Below the pieces are notes generated by a model. The model did no database searches and was not told the DNA's origin. It saw nothing but the letters and a program-made list of their open reading frames with translations. From NCBI GenBank assembly GCA_036172245.1, contig JAYWIR010000001.1, forward strand, positions 10,106,001-10,170,000: DNA of 64,000 nt. The letters run 5' to 3'. Within the stretch, counting starts at the first letter, position 1. Every line of letters starts with the position of its first letter. Made by a program: the position numbers and the translations under genes. Shown piece by piece: positions 12,951-27,369 of the stretch. The stretch is from Raillietiella orientalis. Its lineage: Eukaryota.

Positions 12951-15639
12951 GAGCCAAGAAAAGAGAAACTCAAAACGGAATGAGATGTCCTCAGGGCAAA
13001 AACACTGACTTCACACTCTCCGTAAGAGAGGACGCACACTCTGTCCTTGCCTTCTGAAGCATCAGCGGAGTGGAAAAGTAAATTCCGAGGTTTCTGAGGG
13101 AAGCCGTGGCAACTGGTTACTCCGTACAGTCGGTGGTAGACTCCCGTCGCTTTGCGGAACGTTCTGAGACAAGCGCGTGTGTTCCAGAATTTTCCAGTGA
13201 GATTAATGTCTGGAAGCGATCCACTATGCAATGAACTAAGTTCATGAAAGAAGGATGATGCGCTTTCCTGCAGTCGAGTGCCATCTTTTAGCCAAGCCTC
13301 CCTGCAGCAACTGTTTCCCATTCACTCGAAGAAAACACAGTAGAAAACGCTCTGCATCTCATGAAAATACAGTTGCAGTGGTTAGTACGATCCATAATTC
13401 ATAGGGACTGTTCCAACTCCCCAGAAGCTGCGATTCCATCCGTGGAATGCTTCTGATTGATGGAATGAATTATTTAATCCTTTTCCACCGAGGCTATCAA
13501 TTCTAAAAGATACATTTCTGATGGAATTGGCTCATTATTTATATAGGATGCTGACGATTTTCTATAGAGAATCTTTGGAGGGAAAATTGGGTTCTCTCGT
13601 CCAGAGTTGAGTGAAGCATGCTGAGAAGAGCTAAGTTTGTTTATTTATGACTTCCAGTGGAATGTGGATTGCACACTCTGTTCCAGGCTTTGCTATTACT
13701 GCAAGTAGCCAACGGTTCCTCACCTTCTATCCGTCAGTTCTTGGGCACGGTCATGCTACCCTTGCCAATGCTGGCAGCGGATGCTTTTCACATCAGACCC
13801 TTAAGGAATTCAACGTTGATTCCTTTAACAGGATGAGCTTCCGAGCCTGCAGCTGCTGAGGTCTGCAACCTTCAGACCGCTATTGTCAGCTCTGCCGTAG
13901 GATGCATTCTTCACTTCCTAAGAGGAATGTTTTCGCGCGCAACCACTGACTCGGTGGACCAGCTTGAAGCGAAATCTTCTGCACATACATTGAAAAGCAT
14001 AGATCTGCCGCATGCATCTCTGTAACGCAAGAAAACTTCGACCTCAACCAAGGTCGATGAAGACTTGCAGGATTCTTCACAAGCAGAAAAAAGTAGGAGG
14101 TGTTTCGGTGCTGATGATCTCAGTTCTTTCATGAAGGCAAACCCAAATTTGGCTGAGATTCCAGCATCTTTCAGGTTGTTCTTGATCACTGTTTGTTCGA
14201 GCTGCCATCGCAAGTAACTGAAAGTTTCGGGAGCTGCGTTCCATCTGCTGCGTGTCTTTTTTCTTAAAGAACGTTGAGCTGTGCGCACGTAACCACACCT
14301 GCACCTCCCTAACGGATTGCTAAGCACATATTCCAAGGCATTTAGTCTCTTAGCTCTCTTACTGGAACGAAATGCATCTCTCGGCTCCAGTTACCTCGGT
14401 ACCGGACCTTGGGATTGCGATTCACGCGTACGATCTGGAGAAAGTGAGCTTGTTTACACGAAGCTGGCTGTTCGGGAAAGTCGAACCGACGACTCTTTTC
14501 AGAGATACTCTTGGGGATAGGAATGGACCTGCAGTGGCGAAGGAAAACGGACGAAAGTGAAAAAAGCCAGCTGCTCTGTTGGAGAAGAAATCTATTTGGA
14601 ACAGGTGCACCTGAATGGGTCGCATTCCACATCACATCCTGGTCGTCCGCTTTAGAGATGCGCTTGTCCTTGGACGCTGTCTTTTCAGGAAGAGCTTTGC
14701 CGGAATCGAGGCGAGAGGACCCCTGGACGAAAGCAGGGACGGTGAGAGCTGCTAGGGAGAAGGAGAGGTGCAACCGACCGGCCCATTCCTTCCCTCCTTG
14801 GTAGATAGGATGGGAAGCATAGGGCAAGCTCGTGCTTATAAGCGGGCTACGTCGGAGGATGTAGGGAGGTCATGGCTGGAGTCCCACTTCAGATGCACCT
14901 CTGGCATGCCTCTCACTGTCCTCGAGAGTGAGAGGCATGCGACCGACGGACCCCAGAATCACTCTTCCGAGAGAGCGAGCGCTTTACTCCGGCAAGGCTG
15001 TTGAGACAACCGGCCGCTCGACTGCTTCTCAGCTCCTCTCTTTCTCCCTTCCTTTCCTCTCCTTCCATGAAGCAGGTAAGGAAAGACTAAGGGGGAGGGG
15101 GAGAAAAGTAAGGGGTAACCCGTTTGGCTCCAAAGTAGGGACGTGTTTCCTGAGGAGGAAATTACAAGAGGCGTCTGGGGGGACGGGAAAGAAGGAAGGG
15201 GGAACGGTAGCTTCTCTTGAGGACAAACCTCGAGGGCGAGGCTGTCCTTCGTGGCCCGAAGGGGAAAGGAAAAGCTCACGATGACGGCCCTTCCTTGAAG
15301 CGGGGTCCTGGTGCGCGAACGAGCCGTCCGCTCGTCGCACGCACGCGCAATCCTCTTTCAGATAGGGAGAAAAGGGATCTGCAACGCAAGTCCCCGGGTC
15401 ACGCTCGCAAGGGTCACCAGCGAGGGAACGGAATCCCCTGCAGGGAAACGAAGTTCCGGAGTGAGTCCTCAGAGGTTCCGCTGGACGCCAAAGGGGAAGG
15501 AGGGATGGAAGGGAAGGAGCTTCCTCTAGGAGAGAGAGAAGGTCTTCTGGCCGAGTTAGTGAAAAGGCCACAAGAATGGCTCCTCCCTGCTGGAAACTGG
15601 AAAGGAACACAAGAGAGAAACGCTGCTTCGGGTTGCCGC

Positions 15640-15795
15640 CTGAGGGGCAGAAGGCGAAGAGGAGGAGGAAGAAAGGAGAAGGAATAAGGGAGAAAGACGA
15701 AAGGAGGAGGAAGATGTAGTAGTAGAAAACAGGAGGAGAAGGAGGAGGGAAGGAAGAAGTGAGAAGGAGGAAGAATAGGAGAAAGAGTAGGAGCG
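15640..15795 (+). repeat. Purine-rich (GAG/GAA)n low-complexity tract
   Basis: Directly visible; source of spurious Ser/Leu/Arg-rich ORFs. Confidence 0.8.
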
Positions 15796-17129
15796 ACGCA
15801 ATCTCTTTATGCTGGTTAGCGAGCCAAACTTTTCTCTCTCCGGAACAAGCCAGCGTCAGTTGAATTTTCTCTTTTGTCCCTTAGCCTGCTCCTCGGGCCG
15901 AGAAAAAAAAAAAAAAAAAAAAGGAAACCCCACTGCCTCCTTTTATTTCCTTCTCCTTTCCCTAGGGATAAATCGTTCTACCACCAGTGCCGTGTCGATC
16001 CATTCTTTCTCTTCTCCTTTTCCCCAATAAGGGTTCTCAGTTGGAGCTCCCCAGCCTCTCATCATCATTCGGATCCACATCCGCAGCTCGATGGAAAGCT
16101 CACGTAGCAAGGAGGAGGAGGAGAGAAAAGGGGAAGAGGGGTGTGGGAGGGAATGGAAGGAGGAAAGAAAGCGGAGATGAAGCAACAGACTGAGGGGACT
16201 CCAGCGAAAACGCTGCAAGCGGAACATCGGCGCGTGCATCATCAGAAAGCATGGCGTTTCGATGCCAAAGCACGGGTTCTGACTGCACCTGCATCAGGGA
16301 AGACAGGAGGGGTGCCGGCAAATTTACCGCGGAGTGCTCCCTAGTCGTTAGTAAGACACTTCTCATGAAACCTTTGGGAATGGCCGCGGAGCCTGCTTAC
16401 CCCAGGACGGTATGCGGGAAGGATTCTGAGATCCCCCCCGTGGACTTCCGTTCTTTCTGTTTTTGTTCTTCTGCGGGCACTCTCGAGAATAGAGGCCTTC
16501 ATACGACGAGGATTCCAAGATCTTCATGCATGCAAGGACCGGTAGGTGCAACGCGGGTAGGTGGTAGTGCTGGTGGAATGCATCCCTTCCGTATGATCCC
16601 TTCCGTAGTGGTGAAAGGAAAAGACGGAATTTTCCACCTTCTCTTGAGACCACGAATTTTCTCTTCTACGGGAAACTCTGGGCTTGAGGCCATGCAGATG
16701 ACAACGCAGAACATGACCCGACCACAACCACATGCTCAGAAGAACGCGCCTACCTTACGCGACGTTGCCAACTCTCCCAGTTGGAGCTTTTTCCGCGCCA
16801 GGGCAACTCCCTTACCAACGCCCCTGCTAGGCACGCCGCGGTGCGCCGTCGGAACACGAAACTTTCCTCGCCGACCAAGTGCTCTGGGGCAGGTCGAGTC
16901 CAACGGCAAACCTCGTCGGTCATGACCAGGATGCTGCAACTCCTCGTCGTAGAGGAAATCCCCATTTCGAAAGTCACGGACGCCCGGATGCTCCCAAGCC
17001 CATGTCCTTGCCGGCAGAGAGATCCGGAAAGAGGGATTCGTTAGCTGGGAAGATGGACCATCCGCAGATTGGAGGGTAGATGACGGGGAACGACCTCCGA
17101 GTCAAAGAGCAGGCCGATCCAACGACGTC

Positions 17130-17710
17130 TGATACCCATAAATTACCATAAGCACCATCCCAAACGTCGTGAATACTTTCACAATACTACCCCATGTTGG
17201 ATATCATACTCATTACATCAAATAATCCTTCCCCATGATGACCTCTTAATCTCATCACTCTAATATTATAAAGTACCCTTAAAAATACATACGCTACCCT
17301 CACTCCCTCCCCATATCCCGAAAATCTCGATCTCCGTCACACCCATGAATTACCAGTCCTGCACCATAAAAACATTAACGATTTCCGTACAGTGTGAACT
17401 AACAAATGACAATCAACTAATGTCCCTATACCTAAACCCAATCCCATAAATGTCATACCCAGCTGTCTCAGCGTTGAATACCCAATAATCGTTTTTACAT
17501 CAACTTCCATTCTTCCCGTAATTCCCAGATATACTGTCGTTGGCACACGAACATGCGTCGCAACGTCATCTTCCGCGATCCCAACCTCGTTAAACTGAGT
17601 CATGAAATACACCCCCGCAGTAACTAAAGTGGTTGAGGAGGAGGTGGTGAGGGGACAACGGATAGGGACCGCGAGATTTCCGGGAGCACGCATAACGCCG
17701 CCTCGGTGGG
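17130..17710 (-). pseudogene. ND5: NUMT: decayed mitochondrial NADH dehydrogenase subunit 5 fragment
   Basis: STTLVTAGVY...EVDVKTIIGYSTL(AGA=S)QLGM...HLLVHTVRKSLMFL, then a frameshift to GAGLVIHGCDGDRDFRDMG. This follows ND5 SSTLVTAGVY...DLKKIIALSTLSQLG...HLLTHALFKALLFMCAG.IIH...QDIR.MG, and the match needs the invertebrate mitochondrial code. Confidence 0.9.
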
Positions 17711-18509
17711 ATGCGAAGTACGATCGAGAGAGATGCGAGCCACGAAAGAAGCGAGCGGAAGCCATGGAATCCGCTTCCAGCTGCCCGAGCGTCCGTCGGG
17801 ATGCGTCAGAAGAGTTTCTTCGGGCAGACCGAACTGGTGCGAGGACGACCCACGGGGGAGCCTTCAAACGTTCCCGAAAAGCAACTGGTTGGCTGGAGTT
17901 CCCGAAAGCCGTTTGGGAGCTACATAGGTTTCTTCCCGCCGCAGAATCGCTCCGGGCTATTCCGTGCTGTCCCGCGGCGTCCCGTCGAGCGCGCAAGCGC
18001 CAGGCCAAGTTGATGGTAACGCGCGTTCGGTCGGGAGCGATGTCTGCGAAAACAAAGGTTGGAAGCGGAGGAACACAGGAGCAGGGTTTTTTCCCCACGA
18101 GGGCTTTTCGTGCAACCCTTCGCAATGAACGCAACTTGAAAGCCTCGTTGATGACCCTCCTGAAGCTGCCATTCGTTACGGAAAGCACACACCGGCGTCG
18201 GCAAAGGAAGTACTCTTGGATGCTTATCACGGACGTGAATCTAGACAGGAAACCAGTGGTGATCTTGCGAAGGGAAGATTAACACCCCGATCGAAGCTCA
18301 AGTGGTGTTGGGAAATGACTCGAGGATTCTCGTAACGCGTGTGCTCTCCGAGGCGGTGTCTCGCATCTGTTCCTTCAGAGTGGAACCTCGTGACAAGAAG
18401 CAATTTGCAGGCACATGTGGGGAATGTCATGTCTGCGGACAAAGAAGAAACGATATGCATCCCAATCTTTTGGCAAAGGGACTTCTAAACCAAGGGCTAT
18501 AAAGCCGAA

Positions 18510-19560
18510 ATCTCATTCAATCAAATTTAGAATCGCCTGCCATAGCCAAGGTGTGAACTTAGGAGAACTACGATGACTCACGATGACTGCATACGGCGTG
18601 AATTCCTGCCGGTAATCGCGGGTGTCGGATATCCTTTCACTTGCACTCTCCGAGCTGATCCGGAGTTCATTTCCAAAACCAAGAAGCCTCTTCGATAGGG
18701 ATGCTGAAGCCATCCTTCTACTCGATATCTCCTTTGGCCAAGCGACTGCACACGGATTTTCAGCGTAGATGCCAGATTTCAGGGCGTACCAAGGAATCGT
18801 GATGAACGTCGAGATCAACCTGAGACCTCGGCTGATTTGCAAGATGACTGATTTTGAAATACTTCCAGGAGGTCCGCAAGCGGGCGATGTGGCTTGCAGA
18901 CCTCAGCGTATGCTCTTCCAAGCAGGAGTTCTGGAATTCACGTTTATACAGCATTCCAGCTTGTCTTCGAAAGGCCTTGGAACCCGATTGCTTTCAGCCG
19001 CACTTCCGTGTTTCCGTAAAGAGATGCGTGGCGCTCTGTTTGGTCTCTCAATCGTCTTTCGTAGTCCTGGGTTAGTAAAGGCGGGGCAGATGGATTCCTC
19101 TGCACAAACGTTGCACTGTAGGAGCAGGAGATCCACTTCCTTTCGATGAACAAGCTGCTGGCGAGTGTGCCGGCGGTTTTTAGAATTACCGGATTTTCTC
19201 GACCTGCTCGTTGTAGAATGGCATCCTAGCAGTGAAGGGAAACCACTCTTGAAACTTAGAGGAACATCGCGGATCATGGAAAAATGAGGCAAGGCAACCA
19301 AACTTTCCTGTTTCACTCAGTTGTTATCCTGGAGACTCTCATGTCACTATAGAAACGGCGAGAATTCCGATAAGCGGAAATGGAAGCAATCGAAAATGGC
19401 AAACTTCCTTTCCGGTCTCCCTTCCTGCACATGCATTCGCCTTGAAGCAAATCATCCTCTGGGCTCTTCGTCATGCAAAGTATAGAAACTAGCGCCTTAT
19501 CAGGAACTGACAAGGCGGTAGACCGATAGCCAGCTCGACGTACAAAAACGCAAAGTAGAG
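18510..19560 (-). mobile_element. Decayed CR1/L2-like LINE RT and C-terminal region (may extend to ~21900)
   Basis: YRSTALSVPDKAL...GECMCRKG resembles YRPISLxSVPxK...QxGFRKG; downstream DSLVRP...KEI...KRLLG resembles SLVRPxLEY...KDI. Confidence 0.45.
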
Positions 19561-22339
19561 GGAACGAGATCTAGTTCAAGAGAATCTGCAGGAATCTCTA
19601 GAGGCAACAGTGGTCCTCGCTAGGGAGCGTGCCAGGATAGCAAGAGCCTTGTGGTATTAATCCCGGATTTTGCACATGCACTCAGCAGTGTCAAATAAGC
19701 AATCATGTGACAGTTGCTTCCTTTTAAACTTAAACTTTTCTTTGCCGACATCGGGAACAGCTCACTTGGTTTGCCTACGTCGGCGTGGTCTTACTGACGT
19801 GTCTGCTGCCTTATAGATTGATTATCAAGCGGACCCACGCGATGCAAAGACCGCTCTTCAGCCCAGGTTTCCCGCCCTGCAAATCAGGTTGTCAGCAGCA
19901 GAGCTTGAGCCGCAATTCTGAGGCAAAATTCATTTGAAACTGTGGCTGCTCAAAGCCCCTCATTTTCTTTTCGTTTGCTGAGATATCCAAATCCCTTGGT
20001 CCGATGGTCCCTGTGTGCAGAAATTTAAATTTCCAGCTGCAGTTCTTAATCAGTCAGGGGCTCAGCCCTATCCATGTTCTCCTATTCCTTTCCGGAAAAT
20101 CCGTATGGTGATACTGCCTTGACCACGAATGAAACTGGCTCCTGTAATCCATTCAGTTGTCATTAAAGTCGAGAGTTCCTCTAGCGGAATGCCGACTTCG
20201 TCACCCCCTGCAGATAAAATTTTTTCCACTCGAAAGAGAATCCGACATGGAGATAACTTTTACTTCCTGAGAAATCGAAGACAAGATGGAACTGCTTCCG
20301 ATTCCCAAAAAGCATCTGCAACATTCACCATGTTTCTTGAGAGAATTCTCTGCAATCACCATTTGGAGCCACACATTGCAGTGTCATTCGTTAAACTGAA
20401 ATTAAAGGGAGCCTTTTTCTGGAGTGATTACTGCATCATTAAATGTGCTTTTGGCCTCAATTTTAAAATCGAACAAATGCTCAGATAACGAGAGAGTGGT
20501 ATTTGGGTACTGTTTTGACGTCCACCCTTTCTGGTCATCAAGTGCTCCAAGTGTTCTAGACTTCTAGTCAAGAAGCAGCCTTCTCGGACCTTCTGCCAGC
20601 TATCCTCACCAGGGCTGCATGTGCATTGCTCGCGGACACTCAAAATGCAGCTCCATCATCGGATCTGGGTAATACGAAATCATAAAGTCCCATCTTCAGA
20701 GCACCATTTCTCTAGGATTTTTCTCTCGCTAATGTCTTCGTTCTGCTTTTGCATCCAGTATCATGATGCTCTAGACCTCCGTCTTTGAACTGATCTCTGG
20801 CCGAGTGATCCGCATTCAAACTGACTCACACCTGGCAAGGAGAAACTCATGCACCACGAGTATTGCGGACATGACGTTCCGTGGAAGCAAAGATGTGTAG
20901 GCGAGATGCGTTGTCCCAAGTGATTCTGAACCGCTCACAGAGAACATTCCGAAGAAAAATTCCGAGCCACTCATCGACTTGAACACGGAGAAAGCTCATT
21001 GAAGACTGAAGTCCCGAATCAGGATGGCAACGGGAACAAAAATGGAAGGGCGATAAAATGAGTCAGAAATGTGAAAATCAATGCACGCCCTTAAGCGCAG
21101 TGCTTGAACGAGACCGGGGCGGGAATTGAGCCCAGAGAACCTGCTGCCCGCTGCGGCCACTCTCTCAGTCATGGGTTTTGCTGCCTCCCGCCCTTGCAGC
21201 TCTCTCACCAATCAAGCTTTCCTGATGCGTTCAGTCGTAACCCCGGAGACTTACATGCCAGTAATCCATAGAAACGACAAGAATCTCGATAAACGGAAAT
21301 GGAAACACTCGAAAATTGCGAACTTCCTGTCTGCACACATATTCGCGCTAAGGGAAATCATCCTCTGCATGCTTCGTCATATAAAAGTTTAGAAATTAAC
21401 GCCTCATCAATTACTGACAAGGCGCCAGACCGACAGAAGTACAAGGACTTGCTCCGAGCCTCAGCCACGGCGCCCATTTTCTCCCAGACTTCCGCCTTGC
21501 ATGCTCGAACGTCCATGCAAGGAAAGGTTCCCCTGCCAAGGAGCAGCTTCGGTCACTTTCATGAAGAGAGAATTGCTAATCGTGACTGCGATCACCATGA
21601 AATACCTTTTGCCTCAAGTCATATGAACTCTTCGTCTGTCGCAGCTTCCTCATTTGTACTTCGAGCCAGAGTGTTATAGCTTAGGGTGCGCGGCCCAAAA
21701 CCAGAACTTTCCAGGGTGTAATAGCAGGCACAGGTGAAAAGGGCGAGCCCTGCCGCCTCGTGAGAATCTTCAACGTTAGCAGCAGCGTCCAGTTGTCTCG
21801 ATTTTGGAGGATTGACAGTGTCTCAGGCATGCTGCTGTTCAGTTTCCATCCGATAGATCGTAATTCATGGAAAAAACCACTGTTTTGAATCTTCGCGTCT
21901 AGATGGCCAATGTCCACGAAACCAAACACCAGCGATCTCATCCCGGTGAATCTCATGGATAGCGAACAGGCCCATTCTTCATCGCCTAGGCCACTTGCTA
22001 TCAGGCAGGTAATTCGCCAAAACCAAGGTGTGATTTTCCATTGGTGATGTTCCATTTCTCACTTGGTGACCGACCGCTGAAGCCGTTTTGACGATGCTTC
22101 GCCCTGTGAAAAGACCGATACGGCGGCGTAGAGCAGGTGTCGTACAGCCTATGCCTCTTCCTTGAAACAAGGAGTTCTTCCAGAACGGAACGGCATCCTA
22201 AGGAATCCAGGAAGCTACCATCAGGATGTTAGTTTCGACCCACGCGCCCTCCTCTTGAAAGACCTCGTTCGTAGGCGCGTTGCGACTGCCGCCGACGATG
22301 CGCCTTCGTTCAGCCGCCACTCTCTCAAAACCCGCGTCG

Positions 22340-23110
22340 TTGGCCACGTAGCTGCGGCCCCCGCAAGTAGTACCAAGCGCTGCGGGTTCGAATCCCACCC
22401 AGGTAAGGATCGACGCCGAGAAATGGGGTGCTTTGTGGGTTTCGAATGTCCCCGCATGATGGCTCTGGCTTGCCCACGGTCTTCGGGTGTGGGAGCATCT
22501 GTGGAATCTGGAAACTGGATGCTTCCGTTGGTTGGACGGGATTGGGAGCTGATCCTTCAGGGGTCCCCCCAGGAACCAAGGAGTCTGGTTCCCTTCGGGG
22601 TTCATCCCGGAAGTGAAGATGGAGCCGAAACATAGAGCTGGTTAATACCTCCCTGGGAGGTTGCTTCTCCATAGTGCAAGAATCGTGCCGATCTCTCCTT
22701 CAGGGAGCACCCTTCAGAGAAAATTTGGAAGCGTCCCTTGGAGGATCTCTCCAGAGGCAGGAACAAGGAGAGGTTCTCCTGTGGGTTCTCTCCCGAGAAG
22801 GAATTTCGGGAGCGGATCCTTCCGGGTTCCCTTCGGAGAAGAAATAATAGAGTGGACTCCTCCAGGTTCCCTCCGGAGAGAATAAGGAAGAGTTCCCTTC
22901 TCTCACGCTTGTCAGGGAACCTTCGGCCTGCCAAGCATGAGAGAAACGGATGCCTTCTTCCGGAGCCCTTCCTGGATGCAAAGGTTGGTCCCCTCTAGGG
23001 GCAGCCCCTAACACGAAGAGTTTTAACACGCATCTCCAGGTGGGGTGGAGAGCATTAAAGAGCTTCACGAGCCCCCTACCTAAGGAAGCTGACGGTTCTT
23101 CAGTACTTAA
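22340..23110 (+). mobile_element. tRNA-headed SINE-like repeat, copy B (near full length)
   Basis: TGGCCACGTAGC...ACCAAGCGCTGCGGGTTCGAATCCCACCCAGG head, shared body, tail ending GGTTCTTCAGTACTTA. Confidence 0.75.
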
Positions 23111-25409
23111 CGAAGCCTTCCCCCAAAACGAAAGCCTCTCAAAACCAGGGTGCGCTCGACTTCCGTCCAGGAGGAGGAAGAGATGCGAAACTTTCGCGCA
23201 GTAACCTTTCCTAGCAGCAGCAACTGTTGCGCTTCCCCACCACGGTTTTTGGCAGCATCGGGATGATTCCGGCGCTCTGCTTCCCCCATTGGAAACAAGG
23301 AACGACAGAGGCCGGCTGCTTTCGTGCATGCAGATTCGCCGCGGGCGCGAGGTGACCGGAATCGCGTGAGTACGTGGCTTTCATTTCAAACACGGGCGCC
23401 AATCCAACGGCGCGCTCACGAGTCAGAAAGTCAAATCCCCGCAGAAGACGCCAACGGTCCCCAAATATGAAATCCTCACCAGGAGCGGAAAGCGAGGCTG
23501 ATTAACACATAGAGAGGAGCCACCGGTTTTGAAACGAAGGACAAATCCTCTGTCACGAGAGGATCAAATCCTGAATTGCAAGGCGACACGGAAATTATTG
23601 AACCGTGGTATCCTGAGAAGGGACCGATGCCTGCAAATCTTGCCGGAAAACGGGAGCGATGACCTGATACGTCATGGGGTTCCATCCGTCCTGTCACCTG
23701 GGTGGAAACACGCCCGAAGGTGACGAAACCCGAAGCGTGCCGTGAGCTCACGGGAATTTTCTGCAAGAGGCGCAGGGCAAGTTTCGTGCGCCAGTTCTGT
23801 TGGGGAGTGGGAAGGGAGACATCCACAAGGATTTATGGGACTCGATGAAGGAACGGCACTTGCAAGATTAACTGCATCATGTAGAATCAGAAGGAAGATG
23901 ACCTTGAAAGCAACGGCGACCGAACAAGAAGGCGGTGACTTGAGAGTGGATGGCTACACACGGGTTTATTGGGCACCTCAACCACAGCACCTTCGCTGCA
24001 AGCAGGGTACCGATATGGACTGAGACGAAGAGAAGATAGAAGAAACCCTTGGGAGAAAACCACGAAACACGGGATGTTCATATTCTACAGATAGACCCTC
24101 GAAGGCCAATACGTACGCTTCTAAGAAAGATCTATGTGTTTGAAAAAAGACGGATCGTTCCGTCGCAGAACTAAGAGATGGGACTTTGTCCAGACACATT
24201 CCCGAGGGTGAGGGAAGAGTTCCGCGAGTTTAGGTGGATCGCACAAAGCGCTGTTAGCGAGAAGAAAAATGACGTCAGATGACCCAGAAAGCATGAAAAT
24301 AGTTTCCAGAGAACGGAGCGCAGTTCGCCGCGAGCACCGTGCGTCCCGGCGTGGGAGGCGTTCGCGCCCGCCCCACCGTGTGACGGGAGTCGCTTCTCTA
24401 TCCTAGTTCGTCCTCACTCTTTCCGGAAGAAACATTTCGGAGGAAGAGAGCACGGGGACTCTCGGAAATCATCGCAAGAGATCTGAGGAAAACGCGGGAC
24501 TCAGCGTCACGATAATCCGGAAAAATGTAGATCCTGACTAAAGGACTTCCTCGAAAAGGAAAACGCTCAAGTTCCGGGATTCCCTTCTGAAGAGATCGAG
24601 GAATGATTTTATACCGCCCAGCGCAAAATCTACCCTTTCCATCCAGCACTGCCCAAGCGTGCGAATTCGATAGATGGAAACAGCAGCGTGAAAACTCGAG
24701 ACGGAAGAGGAACTCTCCACTGCATACGGAAGGTGGGAGATTCGGAGAGACGCGGGCTGTGACAGGCGAAGTCCAATTCCCTTCATTTTCTGCTGAGTCG
24801 TGAAAGGATTCTCGTCTGATCGTCTGAGGACGAATGATCCAAATCACTAAGCATAAAGGTATACGATTATAGAGAGGACTATAAAGAGTGTACTCAAATC
24901 ATCGCAACAATCTCACTAATGGAAGGTCTCCATCAGTGTGTGATGGGAAAATGCTTCCTGCGATGATGCCAAACTCGTGGAAAACCACGCAGATTTTCGT
25001 TTTCCAAGAAGCGGCGGCTCCCGCAGAGTGACTTTCGTTATTTGCCGTCGCGAGAAAGTCAAAAAAAAAAGAAAAGAATCGGACGTTCCTTCGCAGTAGG
25101 GAGAGGAAGAAACCGGTTCTTTGGTAGAAGAGGAAGAAAAAAAATGGAGGTCTGTCTAAGAATTACATTACCGCAGACCGAGATGGAAAGATTGCTGGAA
25201 ACGCGGTGACGACGCAGACCAACTTCTCCAGTCGCTCTGGTCTGAGCAGAACTCCCGGAGGAAAACCTGAAGACGCAAGAAAGCAGCGGATATCTGAGAA
25301 TACGACCGCACCTCCGGCAAAGACGGTCGACGAGGGGCGCAAACCTTTGCAATCGAGGAAAGGACAAGTGCAAATTCTACTTAAGGGTGAGGCGCCCTAT
25401 ATCGAATAC

Positions 25410-25590
25410 GCCCCATGTAAAATTTCCCCTTCCCTGTTCAGCGTGCTCATTTTTTTTTGTTTTTGTTTTCCCTCCCCCCACGCTGCCAAAGCTCACCCTC
25501 CCCGTCCTGCGCACCGCTCTTCGGCAGGTTCATTGCATACCAATGTATTTTTATTGCCTTATGTAATAGATAACCAGGTGATAATCACCC
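25410..25590 (+). mobile_element. 3' UTR fragment of the L1/Tx1-like family
   Basis: Aligns with 53990-54195 (CCCCATGTAA, GCACCGCTCTTCGGCAGGTTCA, TTTTTATTGC.TTATGTAATA); ends TAACCAGGTGA. Confidence 0.7.
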
Positions 25591-27369
25591 TCCATATCTC
25601 TCTATCACTCGGTTTGACCAACTTATATTTCTGCACAAGATGGCCTTCCATGGTTGCACTGTTTTCTGAGTACACCGAACTGTCCGATCGAGAATGTGTC
25701 ACGGTGAAAGGGAAATCATGCGAGGAAGCCGCATAAAACGAGTGACAAATTGTGATTTATGGGTGAGTAATGTTGTGATTAGCGGATGCCATTGCAGCGG
25801 ATGTCGGTTCCTCCAGCATGATCTTCCCTAGCTTGCAGTCGGTCTTCCGAGATTACTTGCGGAAGCCCCACGCTTCCCCTAGGACAGAGACACCGAACAT
25901 GGATGTTCCTTTAAACCAAACGAGGCTGCAATCAGTTTGATGGCTTCAGATTTTCCCTGCCAGCGATGTGCAGTGCAGCTCCTTCCCGAGAATCGGATGG
26001 CACGTTGCTAAGTAGTCTTCAAATAAAAAGCACGGCAGCGAGCGCGCGCGGACGCATTTTGCAAGGGGATCACTAACATGTGCTCCACATTCCAGGACTC
26101 AGGGCAAGGAAAGCAACAAGCACTCATACAACTGCTGACGTGGGAGAACAACATTATTATTTCATCGCTGAAACGAGGATGGAATACGAGATCTCATCTT
26201 CACACGGCAAAGCGGTTCCGAAAAGAGCCGTCTAGAAATCTAGGGGTTAATGACAAGGAAACACTGCTATAAATGATCCCCTCCCCCTCCCCAAAAAGCT
26301 CGCGATCGAACCAAGGTTTGCCCAAATTTTCTTCACTCACGGAACTCGAACACCAGGACCTCAGAAGGCAAAGAGATTCCGACCGGACGACACTTGGACG
26401 GCGTGAGAAAGTCTTTCGAGCCCTATCCGGCGGCTAGCTCTTCGGACGGGTGACCTGAGAGCGCAAACGAAACAGTGGCAGCTATGAAAAGCCTGGCGAA
26501 ATCAACTCGATCGCAGCCTCCGCGTCAGATGGTGAGAATATGGGGCAGGAAGGGTGCTGAACGAGCGGCAGCGAAAGAACAAAAAAAAAAAAAGAAAAGG
26601 AGCTTGGGAAGCAACGCTATCCTCTCGCAGGTGCATCCGGTAATCGATTGGTGTAAGCCAGAAAGATAGCGAAGACGTCATGTGTTCGACTTCAGCCCAG
26701 ATCTTCCTTGGAGCAAAAACGGACACGCGCGATCTTGGCGTGCGAATTTCAAAAGTGGCATCGCAAAGTTTGCATCTCGTTCGGATGCGCGGTCGGAAAC
26801 CAACATAGCGTTGGGTGGCGTCGACGAATACACAATGCCCCTGCGGAACCTGGGAGCATCCCCCCTCCTCCCCCCAAATCAAACCTACGAATCCTCATTT
26901 GTTCCAGCAATCGCAAAATAATCCCCAGCAGTAAATACAACTTCAAAAATAGGGCTGATGCCGGAGAAAGTATGAGAGGAAATAGGGCAGACTGGGAAGG
27001 CTTATGAAATTGTGAGCTCATGAAGTTAGCGAACTGGAATGCAGGCCACAATCCTACTCTGGAGCAAATATCTGATTCGTGAGCCTGAAGCCATGGCACC
27101 ACGGTTCCAAGAAGAACGAAGCGGATGATCGACGACACCGCTAGAAGCAGAGGCATCAGCATCCTACAGAAGTTTTTCTCGAGACTCCTGTTGTTAGAAA
27201 AGAAAGAGAGAGTCGCATCGATACTCTGGAAATGCAGGTGCAGAAAGATTTAGCTATGGAAATCTTAAGATTAGCTATGGAAATCTCTTGGAGTTCTTCT
27301 GCTCCTGCTGCTTTTCTTCCAGCTTTTTCCCCTTTTTTTTCGGGATTTCCTTTTCTTTTTTTGGTTCGC

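Noticed and set aside
17337-18230. 297-aa ORF as a functional ND5-like gene
   Set aside because: Only the last third resembles ND5, with disruptive substitutions and a frameshift; the rest is unrelated.
27250-27286. Direct repeat TTAGCTATGGAAATCT x2 as a CRISPR-like array or TSD
   Set aside because: Only two copies 5 nt apart; a simple local duplication.
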